DNA of 64,000 bases. Source: Alphaproteobacteria bacterium. GTDB taxonomy: Bacteria; Pseudomonadota; Alphaproteobacteria; VGEJ01. Positions 39,483-48,854 of this stretch are shown one piece after another (the stretch's first letter is position 1; every line of letters begins with the position of its first letter). The translations under genes were made by a program, and so were the position numbers. Location of the stretch: NCBI GenBank assembly GCA_965226045.1, contig CBDDBU010000021.1, positions 1-64,000 of the forward strand. Reading direction: 5' to 3'. The notes beneath the pieces were generated by a model that did no database searches, was not told where the DNA came from, and saw only the letters and a program-made list of their open reading frames with translations.

Positions 39483-40214
39483 ATGAGCGATTGGCGACAA
39501 GACACACGCGAGGACTACCAGCGCAAGGGCCTTGGCGTGCGCGCGGGCTATGGGGCCAAACCAGTCCTCTTGCTGGTCGATTTCATCAATGGATTCACCG
39601 ACCCCAGCACGCCGCTGGGCGGCGATCTCACGGGCCAGATCGCGGCGACCAAGAGGCTGCTGGCCGAATGCCGCGCCCAGGGCCAAACCATCGTCTACAC
39701 GACCATCGCGTACGCGCCGGATCTGCGCGACGCCGGGATGTGGATCAAGAAGATTCCTTCTCTGGAGATTCTGACAAAAGGATCACCGATGGTCGAGATC
39801 GATGAGCGCGTTCGTCCCCGCCGCGGCGAACGCGTGGTCGAAAAGAAGTTCGCGAGCGCGTTCTTTGGTACCTATCTCGACGCCTATTTGCGCGGTCTTG
39901 GCATCGACACCGTCATCATGACGGGCTGCACCACCAGCGGCTGCATCCGCGCCTCGGCGGTGGACTCGATCCAGTACGGCTACTACACGGTCGTGGTCGG
40001 AGACGCTGTCGGCGACAGAGCGAAGGGCCCGCACGACGCGAATCTGTTCGATATCGAGGCCAAATACGGCGATGTGGTCTCCAGCCACGAGGTGCTAACG
40101 TACCTCCGATCGCTCGAAGGCACGGACGGTCTTGCTGGCCAGGCCAACGTTGATTTCCGGCGCTGGTGGGGTGCGGAATCGCCGCCGGCCGAGGATCGGC
40201 GCCGTGGGGCATAA
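39483..40214 (+). CDS. Isochorismatase-family cysteine hydrolase, second paralog
   Basis: Start at MSDWRQD. Motifs LLLVDFINGF and MTGCTTSGCIRAS, collinear with 22073..22714. Confidence 0.7.
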   Translation: MSDWRQDTREDYQRKGLGVRAGYGAKPVLLLVDFINGFTDPSTPLGGDLTGQIAATKRLLAECRAQGQTIVYTTIAYAPDLRDAGMWIKKIPSLEILTKGSPMVEIDERVRPRRGERVVEKKFASAFFGTYLDAYLRGLGIDTVIMTGCTTSGCIRASAVDSIQYGYYTVVVGDAVGDRAKGPHDANLFDIEAKYGDVVSSHEVLTYLRSLEGTDGLAGQANVDFRRWWGAESPPAEDRRRGA

Positions 40215-40263
40215 CGACGGAGCGCCCAACGAGGCCGGGAGGCTCTCGGCGCGATTCGACGAG

Positions 40264-40722
40264 ATGTTGGAGACCAGTCGGCGCGACCTGGACGCGCTCT
40301 ATCGCGACGAAAACGGCAAGCCGTCGAGGCTCGTGCTATCTCGCGCGGCTCGATCGGCCCATACATCATCCTCGGAGCGGGCCGTCAGCGGCTTCGATCC
40401 AAGATCAACCCCGACCGCACGCGTCCTCGACGATTGGTTCGGCGGTCGCTGGCGCTTTGAGATCACCGACCGCCGCCACGATGGCGACGAGGTGGTGGTG
40501 AGCGGGCGCGTCGTGGTCGAGAATCAAGGCATCGAAATGTCGGGCACCGGACGCGCCGCCGTTGCCACCGGAAACGCGGCGATCGAAGGAACGACGGCGG
40601 GTGTCGTCTTCAGGGTCAAGCCCACGCACGCTATGGCGCGCGACAGCGTTGGCGGCCCGGAAGACTCCGCTTTCCGCCAGGCCGCCGCCGTGGCGCTCGC
40701 GCGTTGCGCGCAACTCCCGTAG
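40264..40722 (+). CDS. Hypothetical protein, paralogous to the N-terminal extension of the HyuB-like protein (weak Rad52-like motifs)
   Basis: Start at MLETSRR. WFGGRWRFEI ... EDSAFRQAAAVALARCAQL parallels the HyuB N-terminal FGPGWSSEV ... EGAALRRATADALAHCAEL. Strong GC3 bias. Confidence 0.4.
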   Translation: MLETSRRDLDALYRDENGKPSRLVLSRAARSAHTSSSERAVSGFDPRSTPTARVLDDWFGGRWRFEITDRRHDGDEVVVSGRVVVENQGIEMSGTGRAAVATGNAAIEGTTAGVVFRVKPTHAMARDSVGGPEDSAFRQAAAVALARCAQLP

Positions 40723-40789
40723 GTCAGTTGCCGGCGAACGAGTTAATTTGGCGCAAGACCTCCTGTGGGCGGCTTTGTCAGACTAGCTG

Positions 40790-41052
40790 GCGTGAGCCGG
40801 CCGATCAGACCCGGTCACCACTCGACCGAACCGGTTTCACCAGAACCCGACCGTCTCCTGGCAGATATCGATGCCGCGCTCGGACAGAAGGTCCTCGACT
40901 TGGCGCAGCGACAGCGGATAGCGGACATACATCATCACCGCCAGGCGGATCACCTCGGGCGAGCTGTTGAAGTAGCGGACGGGATCGCGCATTGCCGAAA
41001 GCTGAGGAGCCTCGCCAGGGGCCTCAAGCCGATTTACTCTGACAATGCCCCC
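40790..41052 (-). mobile_element. IS6-family element, 5' fragment (IRL plus first ~60 codons of transposase), truncated
   Basis: GGCATTGTCAGAGTAAATCGG inverted repeat and MRDPVRYFNSSPEVIRLAVMMYVRYPLSLRQVEDLLSERGIDIC are identical to the complete copy at 48855, then diverge. Confidence 0.7.
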
Positions 41053-41246
41053 TGCATCTCTATACCGAAGCGTTGCTATCGGCGGTCCCGGTGCCCGATC
41101 CGGCCGTCCGCAGCAAAAGGCGGATCCTGCTGGAGGGAGACGTGCCGAGCCCAATAGACCCACCCTCGGGCTGCCGGTTTCACACCCGGTGTCCGTACGT
41201 CGAGGCGCGCTGCCGCACCGGGACACTGGGTCGCCTGCCACATGCG

Positions 41247-42725
41247 CTAACAGCCCGTTGACGAAGTCTTCCCTGGACGAAGTCGGCATGGTCTGATTCT
41301 CTGGTGTCCTGGCCTGAAGGGGGGTTCGCTGATGGCGATGGGACAGCAGAAGGATCGTCAGGGGGACTTGATGGTGAGCTGGTCGGAGATGCCGCGCTCG
41401 CCAGGTCATGTATTTTACGACCGCCTGCAGTTGGTACTGATCGAGGGCGGCTTCGACGGCTTCGCCGAGGCGGTCTGCCAGCCCTATTACGCGGCCAGGA
41501 TGGGGGCGCCTTCGGTGCCACCCGGGCGCTACTTCCGTATGCACCTGGTGGGCTACTTCGAGGGTATCGACTCTGAGCGTGGGCTGGAGTGGCGCTGCTC
41601 GGATTCCCTGTCGCTACGGGAGTTCCTGCTGTTGGAGATGCGGGAACGGGTGCCGGACCATTCCTGGCTGTCACGGACCCGCGCGCGCCTGCCCCATGAA
41701 GTCCACACGGCGGTGTTTGACTGGGTCCTGGCGCTGATCGCCGAGGCGGGTCTGGTGAAGGGCGAGCGCATCGGGGTGGATGCCTCGACCATGGAGGCCA
41801 ACGCGGCGCTGCGCAACATCGTGCGGAGGGACACGGGCGAGGGTTACCGGGGGATGCTGGAGCGCTTGGCCCAGGAGAGCGGTATCGAGACACCCACGGC
41901 TGAGGACCTGGCGCGTCTGGACCGCAAGCGCAAGGGCAAGAAGCTCTCGAACCAGGACTGGGTTTCCAGGAGCGACCCCGAGGCCAAGATCGCCAAGATG
42001 AAGGACGGCACCACGCACCTGGCCTACAAGCCCGAGCACGCGGTGGATCTGGACACCGGCGCGGTGGTGGCGGCGGAGCTGCACCCGGCCGACGAGGGCG
42101 ATACGACAACGCTTCCCAAGACCCTGGCGGCGGCCGAGGCAAACCTCGAGGCGGTGGATGTGGCGCCGACGGCCGAAGATCCGGCCGAATGTGTGACCGA
42201 TAAGGGCTACCACTCACGGTTGGTCTTGAAGGCGCTCGACGACGGCCCCTGGAAGAGCCGGATCTCCGAGCCCAAGCAGAAGGGTTTTGCGCGCTGGCAC
42301 GGAGATGATGCGGCTCGCCGGGCGGTCACCAACAACCGGACCCGGCTGTTATCGGGGGTGGCCAGGGAAGCCTTCAAGCTGCGCGCCGAGATCGTCGAGC
42401 GCTCCTTTGCCCACAACCTCGATCGCGGCGGTATGCGCCGGACCTGGCTTCGGGGCCGCGAGAACGTGCACAAGCGATACCTGCTTCACGTCGCCGGCCA
42501 CAACCTATCGTTGCTGATGCGCCAACTCATCGGCGCCGGCACCCCGAAGGAGGCCGTGGCGGGCGGAATTGGCGCCTTGTTCGTGCTTGTTACGCCCGCT
42601 GGAGCCGTCCTGGTCGTTCAGATCGTCCTCATCGTCTCGGAGGATGGCGAAACCGCCTTCGCCGCGATATGCTTCGCCGTGGCGTGAAACCCGGTCAATG
42701 ACGCCTTTTTCAACGGGCTGCTAAG
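41247..42725 (+). mobile_element. IS5/IS1182-family insertion sequence (~1.48 kb)
   Basis: Inverted repeats CTAACAGCCCGTTGACG and CAACGGGCTGCTAAG. Single 451-aa DDE transposase. Confidence 0.75.
41332..42687 (+). CDS. IS5/IS1182-family DDE transposase
   Basis: 451 aa. Conserved N-region (GRYFRMHLVGYFEGIDSERGLEWRCSDSLSLREFL) and C-terminal DDE_Tnp_1-like region (VTDKGYHS ... ERSFAHNLDRGGMRRTWLRGRENV). Confidence 0.8.
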   Translation: MAMGQQKDRQGDLMVSWSEMPRSPGHVFYDRLQLVLIEGGFDGFAEAVCQPYYAARMGAPSVPPGRYFRMHLVGYFEGIDSERGLEWRCSDSLSLREFLLLEMRERVPDHSWLSRTRARLPHEVHTAVFDWVLALIAEAGLVKGERIGVDASTMEANAALRNIVRRDTGEGYRGMLERLAQESGIETPTAEDLARLDRKRKGKKLSNQDWVSRSDPEAKIAKMKDGTTHLAYKPEHAVDLDTGAVVAAELHPADEGDTTTLPKTLAAAEANLEAVDVAPTAEDPAECVTDKGYHSRLVLKALDDGPWKSRISEPKQKGFARWHGDDAARRAVTNNRTRLLSGVAREAFKLRAEIVERSFAHNLDRGGMRRTWLRGRENVHKRYLLHVAGHNLSLLMRQLIGAGTPKEAVAGGIGALFVLVTPAGAVLVVQIVLIVSEDGETAFAAICFAVA

Positions 42726-42734
42726 GGCGGCGCG

Positions 42735-43709
42735 CTAGAAATGGCGGTCGAATGAGCCGTTCCACTGGGCGTAGATGCTCCCCAGCTGGTCCACCACCCG
42801 CATCACCGCGTCGATGGGAATCCCGTCATCGCCGATGAAGTTGGGGTCCATGGTGCCACCGTCCAGGCACCCTAACGCCACCACTCCCTCGACCAGCTTC
42901 TTGACAGTCTTCCCATCGACCATCAGATCGCGATTGCTCGTCCCTAAGGCGAGCGCCGTGGCCACGCCGTAAGCGCCGTAGTTGGAGACCGCAGCGGAAA
43001 ACAGGTGCTTGGTCGCCGTGGTGGTGGCGGTGCCGCCGCCGCAGGGGCAGCCGCACTCGGCGCCGAACAACACGATCTCCCGGACCTTGTCGTGGATCTT
43101 GCCGAAGCCGATCTCGTTGCCGCCATCGCCGATGCCGACCGTCAACTTGCCCTTGTCGTTCATCGCCTCGATGAAATCGTCGATGTAGTAATCGCCGGTC
43201 TTGGCGAGCGGCGTCCCCATCACCGAGTGGCGGATTCCTTCCCGGTTGCGACCCAGCTTCTCGATGGTGACGGCGATGTCGTAGTGATCGGCCCATGCCA
43301 TGAGCTCCTCGGGCGCGCGATCGGTGGTGTGGACAATATTGCCCTCGAATCCGAGCGTGTCGATAAGGCTGCTCACCACATCGTGCATGTCCCTCTCGAC
43401 CATGATATCGACGTTGTGACCGAGCAGGCTCAGCGCCCGTCCCAGCACGGCGGCGCCGATCGGGCCATCCACCTCCCCCTTGGGCAGGTGGCCCTCAAGG
43501 ACGATGCCGGTGACCATGGCCACGTTAGCGTTCTGCATTCCTAAGATGGCCTGGGAAATATCGTAGGTGACCGGGTTCTCACCGCGCGCAAGCTCGTACA
43601 GCGGGCGAATGAAGCCCTGCAGCATGTTGTGCGGGCGCATTTCGGTGGTCAGCAGCAGCTCCAGGTTTTCATAGGGCGAGCGGGGATCGACGTTCATTTC
43701 CTTGGCCAC
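42735..43709 (-). CDS. Hypothetical protein (possible DUF4392 / cyclase-like), orphaned between IS elements
   Basis: 324 aa, strong GC3 bias. Motifs GIGDGGNEIGFGKI and CGCPCGGG. Family assignment is from memory only. Confidence 0.35.
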   Translation of the reverse strand: MAKEMNVDPRSPYENLELLLTTEMRPHNMLQGFIRPLYELARGENPVTYDISQAILGMQNANVAMVTGIVLEGHLPKGEVDGPIGAAVLGRALSLLGHNVDIMVERDMHDVVSSLIDTLGFEGNIVHTTDRAPEELMAWADHYDIAVTIEKLGRNREGIRHSVMGTPLAKTGDYYIDDFIEAMNDKGKLTVGIGDGGNEIGFGKIHDKVREIVLFGAECGCPCGGGTATTTATKHLFSAAVSNYGAYGVATALALGTSNRDLMVDGKTVKKLVEGVVALGCLDGGTMDPNFIGDDGIPIDAVMRVVDQLGSIYAQWNGSFDRHF

Positions 43710-43740
43710 GATTTGCCTCCTTTGTTCAAGAACGGACGGA

Positions 43741-44148
43741 TCATTGGTTGGTGCGGGGATCGAGCGCGTCTCGCAATCCGTCCCCGATGAAGTTCATGTT
43801 CAGCACGGCGGCGGCGATCATCACCGTGGGAAAGGTCACCAACCACCAAGCCTCTTCCAGATATCGTCACGCCTCATTCAAGTCGCGGCCCCAACTGGCG
43901 GTGGGCGGCTGAACGCCCAAGCCCAAGAAGCTTAAGGAGGCTTCCGCGATCACCGCCCGGGAAAAGGTAACGGCGATCAGCACGACGATCACGCCGATGA
44001 TGTTGGGCACAATGTCCCCTAGGATAACGCGCCAGTTGGGAGCGCCCAGTGCCACCGAGGCGGAGACGTACGCATTCTCGCGTAGGCTCAACGTATTGCC
44101 GCGCGCGAGCCGCGCGAACACGGGGATATACACCAAACCCACCGACAA
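43741..44148 (-). pseudogene. ABC transporter permease (DppC/OppC-like) 3' fragment, frameshifted and 5'-truncated by the IS3 insertion
   Basis: Frame A reads ILGDIVPNIIGVIVVLIAVTFSRAVIAEASLSFLGLGVQPPTASWGRDLNEA then stops. Frame B continues WWLVTFPTVMIAAAVLNMNFIGDGLRDALDPRTNQ (canonical C-terminus). Confidence 0.65.
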
Positions 44149-44223
44149 AATTGTCCATCGTCAGAATGAATGGGACAGCATCGGCGTTTTCTTAGTGGAG
44201 GGTCTGGCTCATGGCGGTTGATG

Positions 44224-45453
44224 TTAGGTCGCTTGCTTGTGGTGGGCCAAGCGGCGTTTGCGGATGGTCAGGTCTTTGATCTCTCTCCTTCTCTCGATGG
44301 TGGCGTGGTCGCGGCCGAAGTAGACGTCAGCCGGCGTTAGATTGCCGAGGCTTTCGTGATAGCGGCGGTGGTTGTAGCGCTCGATCAAGACGCCGATGCT
44401 GACCTCAAGATCGCCCGGCAGATAGTAGTTCTCCAACAGGACGCGGTTCTTCAGGGTCTGATGCCAGCGCTCTATCTTGCCCTGGGTCTGGGGATGGTTT
44501 GGCGCGCCCCGGACGTGATCCATACCCTGGTCCTCGAGCCAGTTGGCGAGATCACCGGCGATGTAGGACGAGCCATTGTCGCTGAGCAGACGGGGTTCGT
44601 GAACGACCTCAGCCTTGCCGCAGCCTGATGCCTGCAGGGCTAGCGTGAGGGTCTCGGCCACGTCGTCCGCCCGCATGGTGGTGCACAGCTTCCAGGCGAT
44701 GATGTAGCGCGAGAAGTCGTCCAGGATCGTTGACAGATAGAACCAGCCCCATCCGATGACCTTGAAGTAGGTGAAGTTGGTCTGCCACAGCTGGTTGGGC
44801 GCGGTGGTCTTATCATGGAACTCATCGGCTGCCTTGATGACGACGAAGACCGGGCTGGTGATCAGGTGGTGGGCCTTGAGCAGGCGGTAGACGGACGCCT
44901 CCGAGACGAAGTAGCCCTTGGTGTCGGTGAACGTTGCTGCCAGTTCCCGTGGCGACAGCTCCGGCTCATCCAAAGCCAGGTCAACGATCTGGCTGCGGAT
45001 ATCGTCCGGGGTACGGTTCCACACCCGGCCGGGACCGCAGCTACGGTCTTCAAGACCGGCTTCATCAAAGGCCTGGTAGCGGTCGTACCACCGGTAGAAT
45101 GTTGTCGTCGTAATACCCAGCTTGTCCAACGTCCGCCGGACCGATAGATGGGGGTGTTCAACCAGCCGGATGATCTCCAGCTTCTCGGAGGCGGGATACC
45201 TCATTCGTCGTCTCCCCCAGCCCCGGCCATGCGGTTTTGAGCAGCCGGTTCTCCAGCACCTGTTCGGCAAGCGCCTCCTTGAGGTCGCGCATCTCGCGGC
45301 GCAGGTCCTTGACCTCACCTGAGGACGCCTGGCGCGCGGTATCGCCCGAAAGCCGTTTCTTGCCGGCCTCGAGGAACTCCTTCGACCAGCTGTAATACAG
45401 ACTCTCGGCGACCCCTTCCCGGCGGCACAGCTCAGCGATGCTGTCCCCACCAC
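44224..45453 (-). CDS. IS3-family transposase OrfB (HTH_21 plus rve integrase core); expressed as OrfAB by -1 frameshift, the 5' part overlaps orfA
   Basis: rve motifs LWQTNFTYFKV ... SDNGSSYIAGDLANWLEDQGMDHVRGAPNHPQTQGKIERWHQTLK. Confidence 0.75.
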   Translation of the reverse strand: MVGTASLSCAAGKGSPRVCITAGRRSSSRPARNGFRAIPRARRPQVRSRTCAARCATSRRRLPNRCWRTGCSKPHGRGWGRRRMRYPASEKLEIIRLVEHPHLSVRRTLDKLGITTTTFYRWYDRYQAFDEAGLEDRSCGPGRVWNRTPDDIRSQIVDLALDEPELSPRELAATFTDTKGYFVSEASVYRLLKAHHLITSPVFVVIKAADEFHDKTTAPNQLWQTNFTYFKVIGWGWFYLSTILDDFSRYIIAWKLCTTMRADDVAETLTLALQASGCGKAEVVHEPRLLSDNGSSYIAGDLANWLEDQGMDHVRGAPNHPQTQGKIERWHQTLKNRVLLENYYLPGDLEVSIGVLIERYNHRRYHESLGNLTPADVYFGRDHATIERRREIKDLTIRKRRLAHHKQAT

Positions 45454-45574
45454 GCAGGCCCGACAGCACGATCCGGATCTTCTCTTCGGCCGAATACTGC
45501 TTGCGCGTCTTGCGGCGAATATTCCGCACCGTCCGATCGGCGCTGTCTCTCGAACTCATCGATCTCTGTCCCAT
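45158..45574 (-). CDS. IS3-family transposase OrfA (HTH plus leucine zipper)
   Basis: 138 aa. RKTRKQYSAEEKIRIV ... SLYYSWSKEF ... EVKDLRREMRDLKEALAEQVLENRLLK. Confidence 0.75.
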   Translation of the reverse strand: MGQRSMSSRDSADRTVRNIRRKTRKQYSAEEKIRIVLSGLRGGDSIAELCRREGVAESLYYSWSKEFLEAGKKRLSGDTARQASSGEVKDLRREMRDLKEALAEQVLENRLLKTAWPGLGETTNEVSRLREAGDHPAG

Positions 45575-45687
45575 CTTCGTTCCCTTCGCTCACGACGATG
45601 AACCAGAAATCCTCCCTTATGAAATCACCTCAATCCGTCCCATAGGTGCTGACGTCAGACAAGCAAGCTAGCGGTACTCCCGTGTCT

Positions 45688-47313
45688 CTACGGACGGCGC
45701 GTGGTCCAATCGGTAGATGTCTCGAACGCGTAGGCCGCATTGAGCACCACGCCGTCCTCGAACTTGCGCCCGACAAGCGCCATCCCCACCGGCAGCCCCT
45801 CGGACATGGCGCAAGGCACGCTGATGGCAGGCATTCCCGTGATGTTGAACTGACCCCCGGAACCGACAAACATCTCAAAGGAGCGATGCACCGATTCCTC
45901 TGGGCCACAGTCTTCGGGGGGTAGCTCCGTCGCCTTGATAGGCGTGGCCGGCAGCACCAGCAGATCCACCTGTTGGAAAATTTCCTCGTAGGCCGCCGTC
46001 AGCTTGCGCGCGAGGTTCTGCGCCTTGGCGTAGTACTTGCCGTGGTAGTTGTTGTGAAGATAGGCGCCCGTCAACATGAACGTCTTCGCTGATGGCGACA
46101 AGTCGTTGGCGCGCCTCGGCAACGCGCGGGCGAAGTACTCCAAGAGATGGGTGTTGTAGAAACCCGCCCAGCCATGCCCCATGCCGTTGCCCAGGATAAG
46201 GGTGCCGTATGTGCCCTCCAAGGCCATGGCCACCAGGATCGCCTGCCCGTCGCGGTGGGCTGGCACGGAAACGGAGCTGACTTCGGCGCCCAGCGTCTCA
46301 AAATGCTGCGCCGCATCTCTCACCGCCTGATCGACATCGGGCTGGGAGACGCCCTCATAGCCAAATCCGTCCTCCAGGATGCCGATGCGCAGGCCGTCCA
46401 CCTTGCCGGTGAGAGCCACGGAATAGGCTTCCGGCGTGAACTCGGGCTGGCGGGGGTCCAGTCCGTCCGGTCCGGCGACCGCCTCCAGCAGCAGCGCCAC
46501 GTCCCGCGTCGAATTGGCCATGGGCCCGACGTGGTCCAGCGTCGGTTCCATCGGGATCGCGCCGGTGTAAGGGACCACGCCCATGGTGGCTTTCATGCCA
46601 TAGATGCCACACCACGAGGCCGGCAGCCGCACCGAGCCCCCCTGATCCACGCCGATAGCCATATCCACTTCCTTGGCGGCGACCAGCGCCGCGCTGCCAT
46701 TGGAAGAGCCGCCCGAGGAACGGGAGGGATCGTGCGGATTGCGCACCGGCCCCGTGAGGGAATTGTGGCCCGCTCCGCCAAAGGAGAAACCCTCGCTGGC
46801 CGCCTTGCCGGCGATGATGCCCCCGGCATGCAGAATGCGGGTGACTACGGTGGCATCCACATCGGGTACGAAGCCCTCCATCACCGCGGTGCCGGCAGCC
46901 ATGGGCACCCCGGCGACGCAAATGACGTCCTTCAGGACCACCCGCTTGCCCGCCAACAAGCCATCGGATGCGCCCTTGATCTCGGTCTTGTAGTACCAGG
47001 CGTTGTAGGGGTCTTCCTCGGGTTCCGGGCGGCGCCCCGGCGTCCGGGGGTATTTCACCGCCGGCTTGGGCTCCACCATCGTATCGATGGCCGCGTAGGC
47101 GGCCAGGTTCTCGATGATTAGGCTACGGTATTGCTCCAACTCGCTCGTCGCCATCGTGAGATGTAGCGACTCGGCGAGGGCTCTCGTCTCGTCTACCGTC
47201 GGGGGGCGTAGTCGCACTGGCCAATCCCGCAAGAATCGGTAAGTGTAGACGCCAATGCTACAGCGCGCACCGAGCGGCTTCAAGATACGACGAGCTCGCC
47301 CTGTCAATGACAC
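45688..47313 (-). CDS. Amidase-signature (AS) family amidase
   Basis: 541 aa as listed (an alternative start at Met54, position 47154, gives ~488 aa). Signature [37 protein letters not shown] (Ser-cisSer-Lys family). Confidence 0.8.
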   Translation of the reverse strand: [541 protein letters not shown]

Positions 47314-47432
47314 GTAAAGATGTCCGGATTAGGTAGCACATTAAATGTCCGCTGCTGTTGTTGGGCCTGTGGGGAAGTGGGAAGGCGCGGAGCGGCTTGC
47401 CACTTCCCCACAGGCTTGGTCGCCGAGCGGAT

Positions 47433-48605
47433 TTAGGCGGCCCGTAAGCTTGACTTGTCGGTTTCGAGGTTGCCCTCCTGATCGTAGCGTCCGAGGCATC
47501 TGGGGCCGTGGAAGACAGCGAGCGTGCCGTCGGGATATTCATGGACGCGGACGCTGGCCTTGACGAAGTGCCGGCGGTGGGACTGTTCGGGGATCTGCAG
47601 GAGCAGCCCGTGATAGCGCACGGTGTTGTCGTTCTGGACCTGACGGGCTTCCTGGATTGAAAGGATGTCGGTGAGCTCGGGCCCGAGGTAGGCGACGAAG
47701 GCGGAGCCTGGCTCGGCTGCCGGCACGGCGAATTGGGCGTTGAAGGCCAGCAGGAAGACCTCGCGGATGTAGCGGTTGGCCGCCTCGATGTCGCTGATCC
47801 CGGCCAGTCTGAGCTCTTGCGGCAGACGGTTCTGGAGCGTGCCGAAGAGCCGCTCGACCCGCCCCCGGGCCTGTGGCGAATAGGAGGGGATGTGCTCGAT
47901 GCCGAGCTGCGAGAGCGCCCGCCCGACCTGCGTCGGCCGCTCCTTGTCGACCTTACCGCCGGCCTTCGGCGTCACGAAGTAATGGCTCCCCCGGTCGGTG
48001 TAGAAGCTGCAGAACAGACCCTTCGCCTCGATCGTCTCCTGGAGCCCCCGGAAGCTCGAGTGCGTGCTTTCCTCCTCCACCAGAAAAGCCGAATAGACCT
48101 CGCTCGTGGCATCGTCCATGCTCGCCACCAGGTCCAGCTCTCGGTCCAACGCCGCAAGCCAGCGGAAGGGCGAGGCGTCCTGGAACACCAGCATGCCGGG
48201 AAGCGGCCGCCTGGGCCGCCGCCGGCGGTGCACCCCGCGGCGCTTCGCCGGCTTCACCAGACCCGCCCGCTGAAGCTGAAGCTTGGTCCAGGTGTAGCCG
48301 TAGGCGAAGCCATGATCGCACACCAGGTGCTCGTGAAAGTGCTTCGTCGTGAAGTCCCAATAGCGCGTCCGGTACTGCTCCAGCAGCCACTCAATCTGGT
48401 CCACTGGCGCCCGCCGACCAGAGGCTCGGCCGCGGCGCCGGTCGATCAGGCCCTCCGCCCCCTCAGCCTCGTAACGATCCCGAAGCCGGCGAAAGTGACG
48501 TTCGCTCATCCCCAACACCTCCGCCGCCTCCAAACAACTCAACCGGCCACTGCCATACCGACCAATCGCCTCGACAATCCGAGCCACTCTGACCTCCGGT
48601 AGCAT
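47433..48605 (-). CDS. DDE integrase-type transposase (IS481/ISNCY-like), 390 aa
   Basis: N-terminal HTH (LSCLEAAEVLGMSERHFRRLRDRYEAEG) and rve core (DRGSHYF ... YSPQARGRVERLFGTLQ). Confidence 0.7.
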   Translation of the reverse strand: MLPEVRVARIVEAIGRYGSGRLSCLEAAEVLGMSERHFRRLRDRYEAEGAEGLIDRRRGRASGRRAPVDQIEWLLEQYRTRYWDFTTKHFHEHLVCDHGFAYGYTWTKLQLQRAGLVKPAKRRGVHRRRRPRRPLPGMLVFQDASPFRWLAALDRELDLVASMDDATSEVYSAFLVEEESTHSSFRGLQETIEAKGLFCSFYTDRGSHYFVTPKAGGKVDKERPTQVGRALSQLGIEHIPSYSPQARGRVERLFGTLQNRLPQELRLAGISDIEAANRYIREVFLLAFNAQFAVPAAEPGSAFVAYLGPELTDILSIQEARQVQNDNTVRYHGLLLQIPEQSHRRHFVKASVRVHEYPDGTLAVFHGPRCLGRYDQEGNLETDKSSLRAA

Positions 48606-48854
48606 CCGACCTCCCCGGTTTCAAATCGTTCCAAAAACCGGACAGATCGTCTGCTACCTAACCCGGACATATCATCTGCTACTGACAGATACGACGAGCT
48701 CGCCCCCGCCACTGCCACCAAATGCCGCCCAGACGTTCGTCAGACCAAGGCGACCCCGTCACCACAAACTGCGGCAGCCGGTGGGCCTGTCAGAGATCAG
48801 GACTGGCCGCGCGTCGGTAAATACAAACTGCGGCGCCGTTCGAGACGGCTCTCG

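Larger units (their letters stand above)
44219..45657 (-). mobile_element. IS3-family insertion sequence (~1.44 kb) with orfA/orfB
   Basis: TGA ... TCA-type ends (TGACGTCAGCACC on the minus strand). orfA and orfB overlap in -1 frame. Confidence 0.7.
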
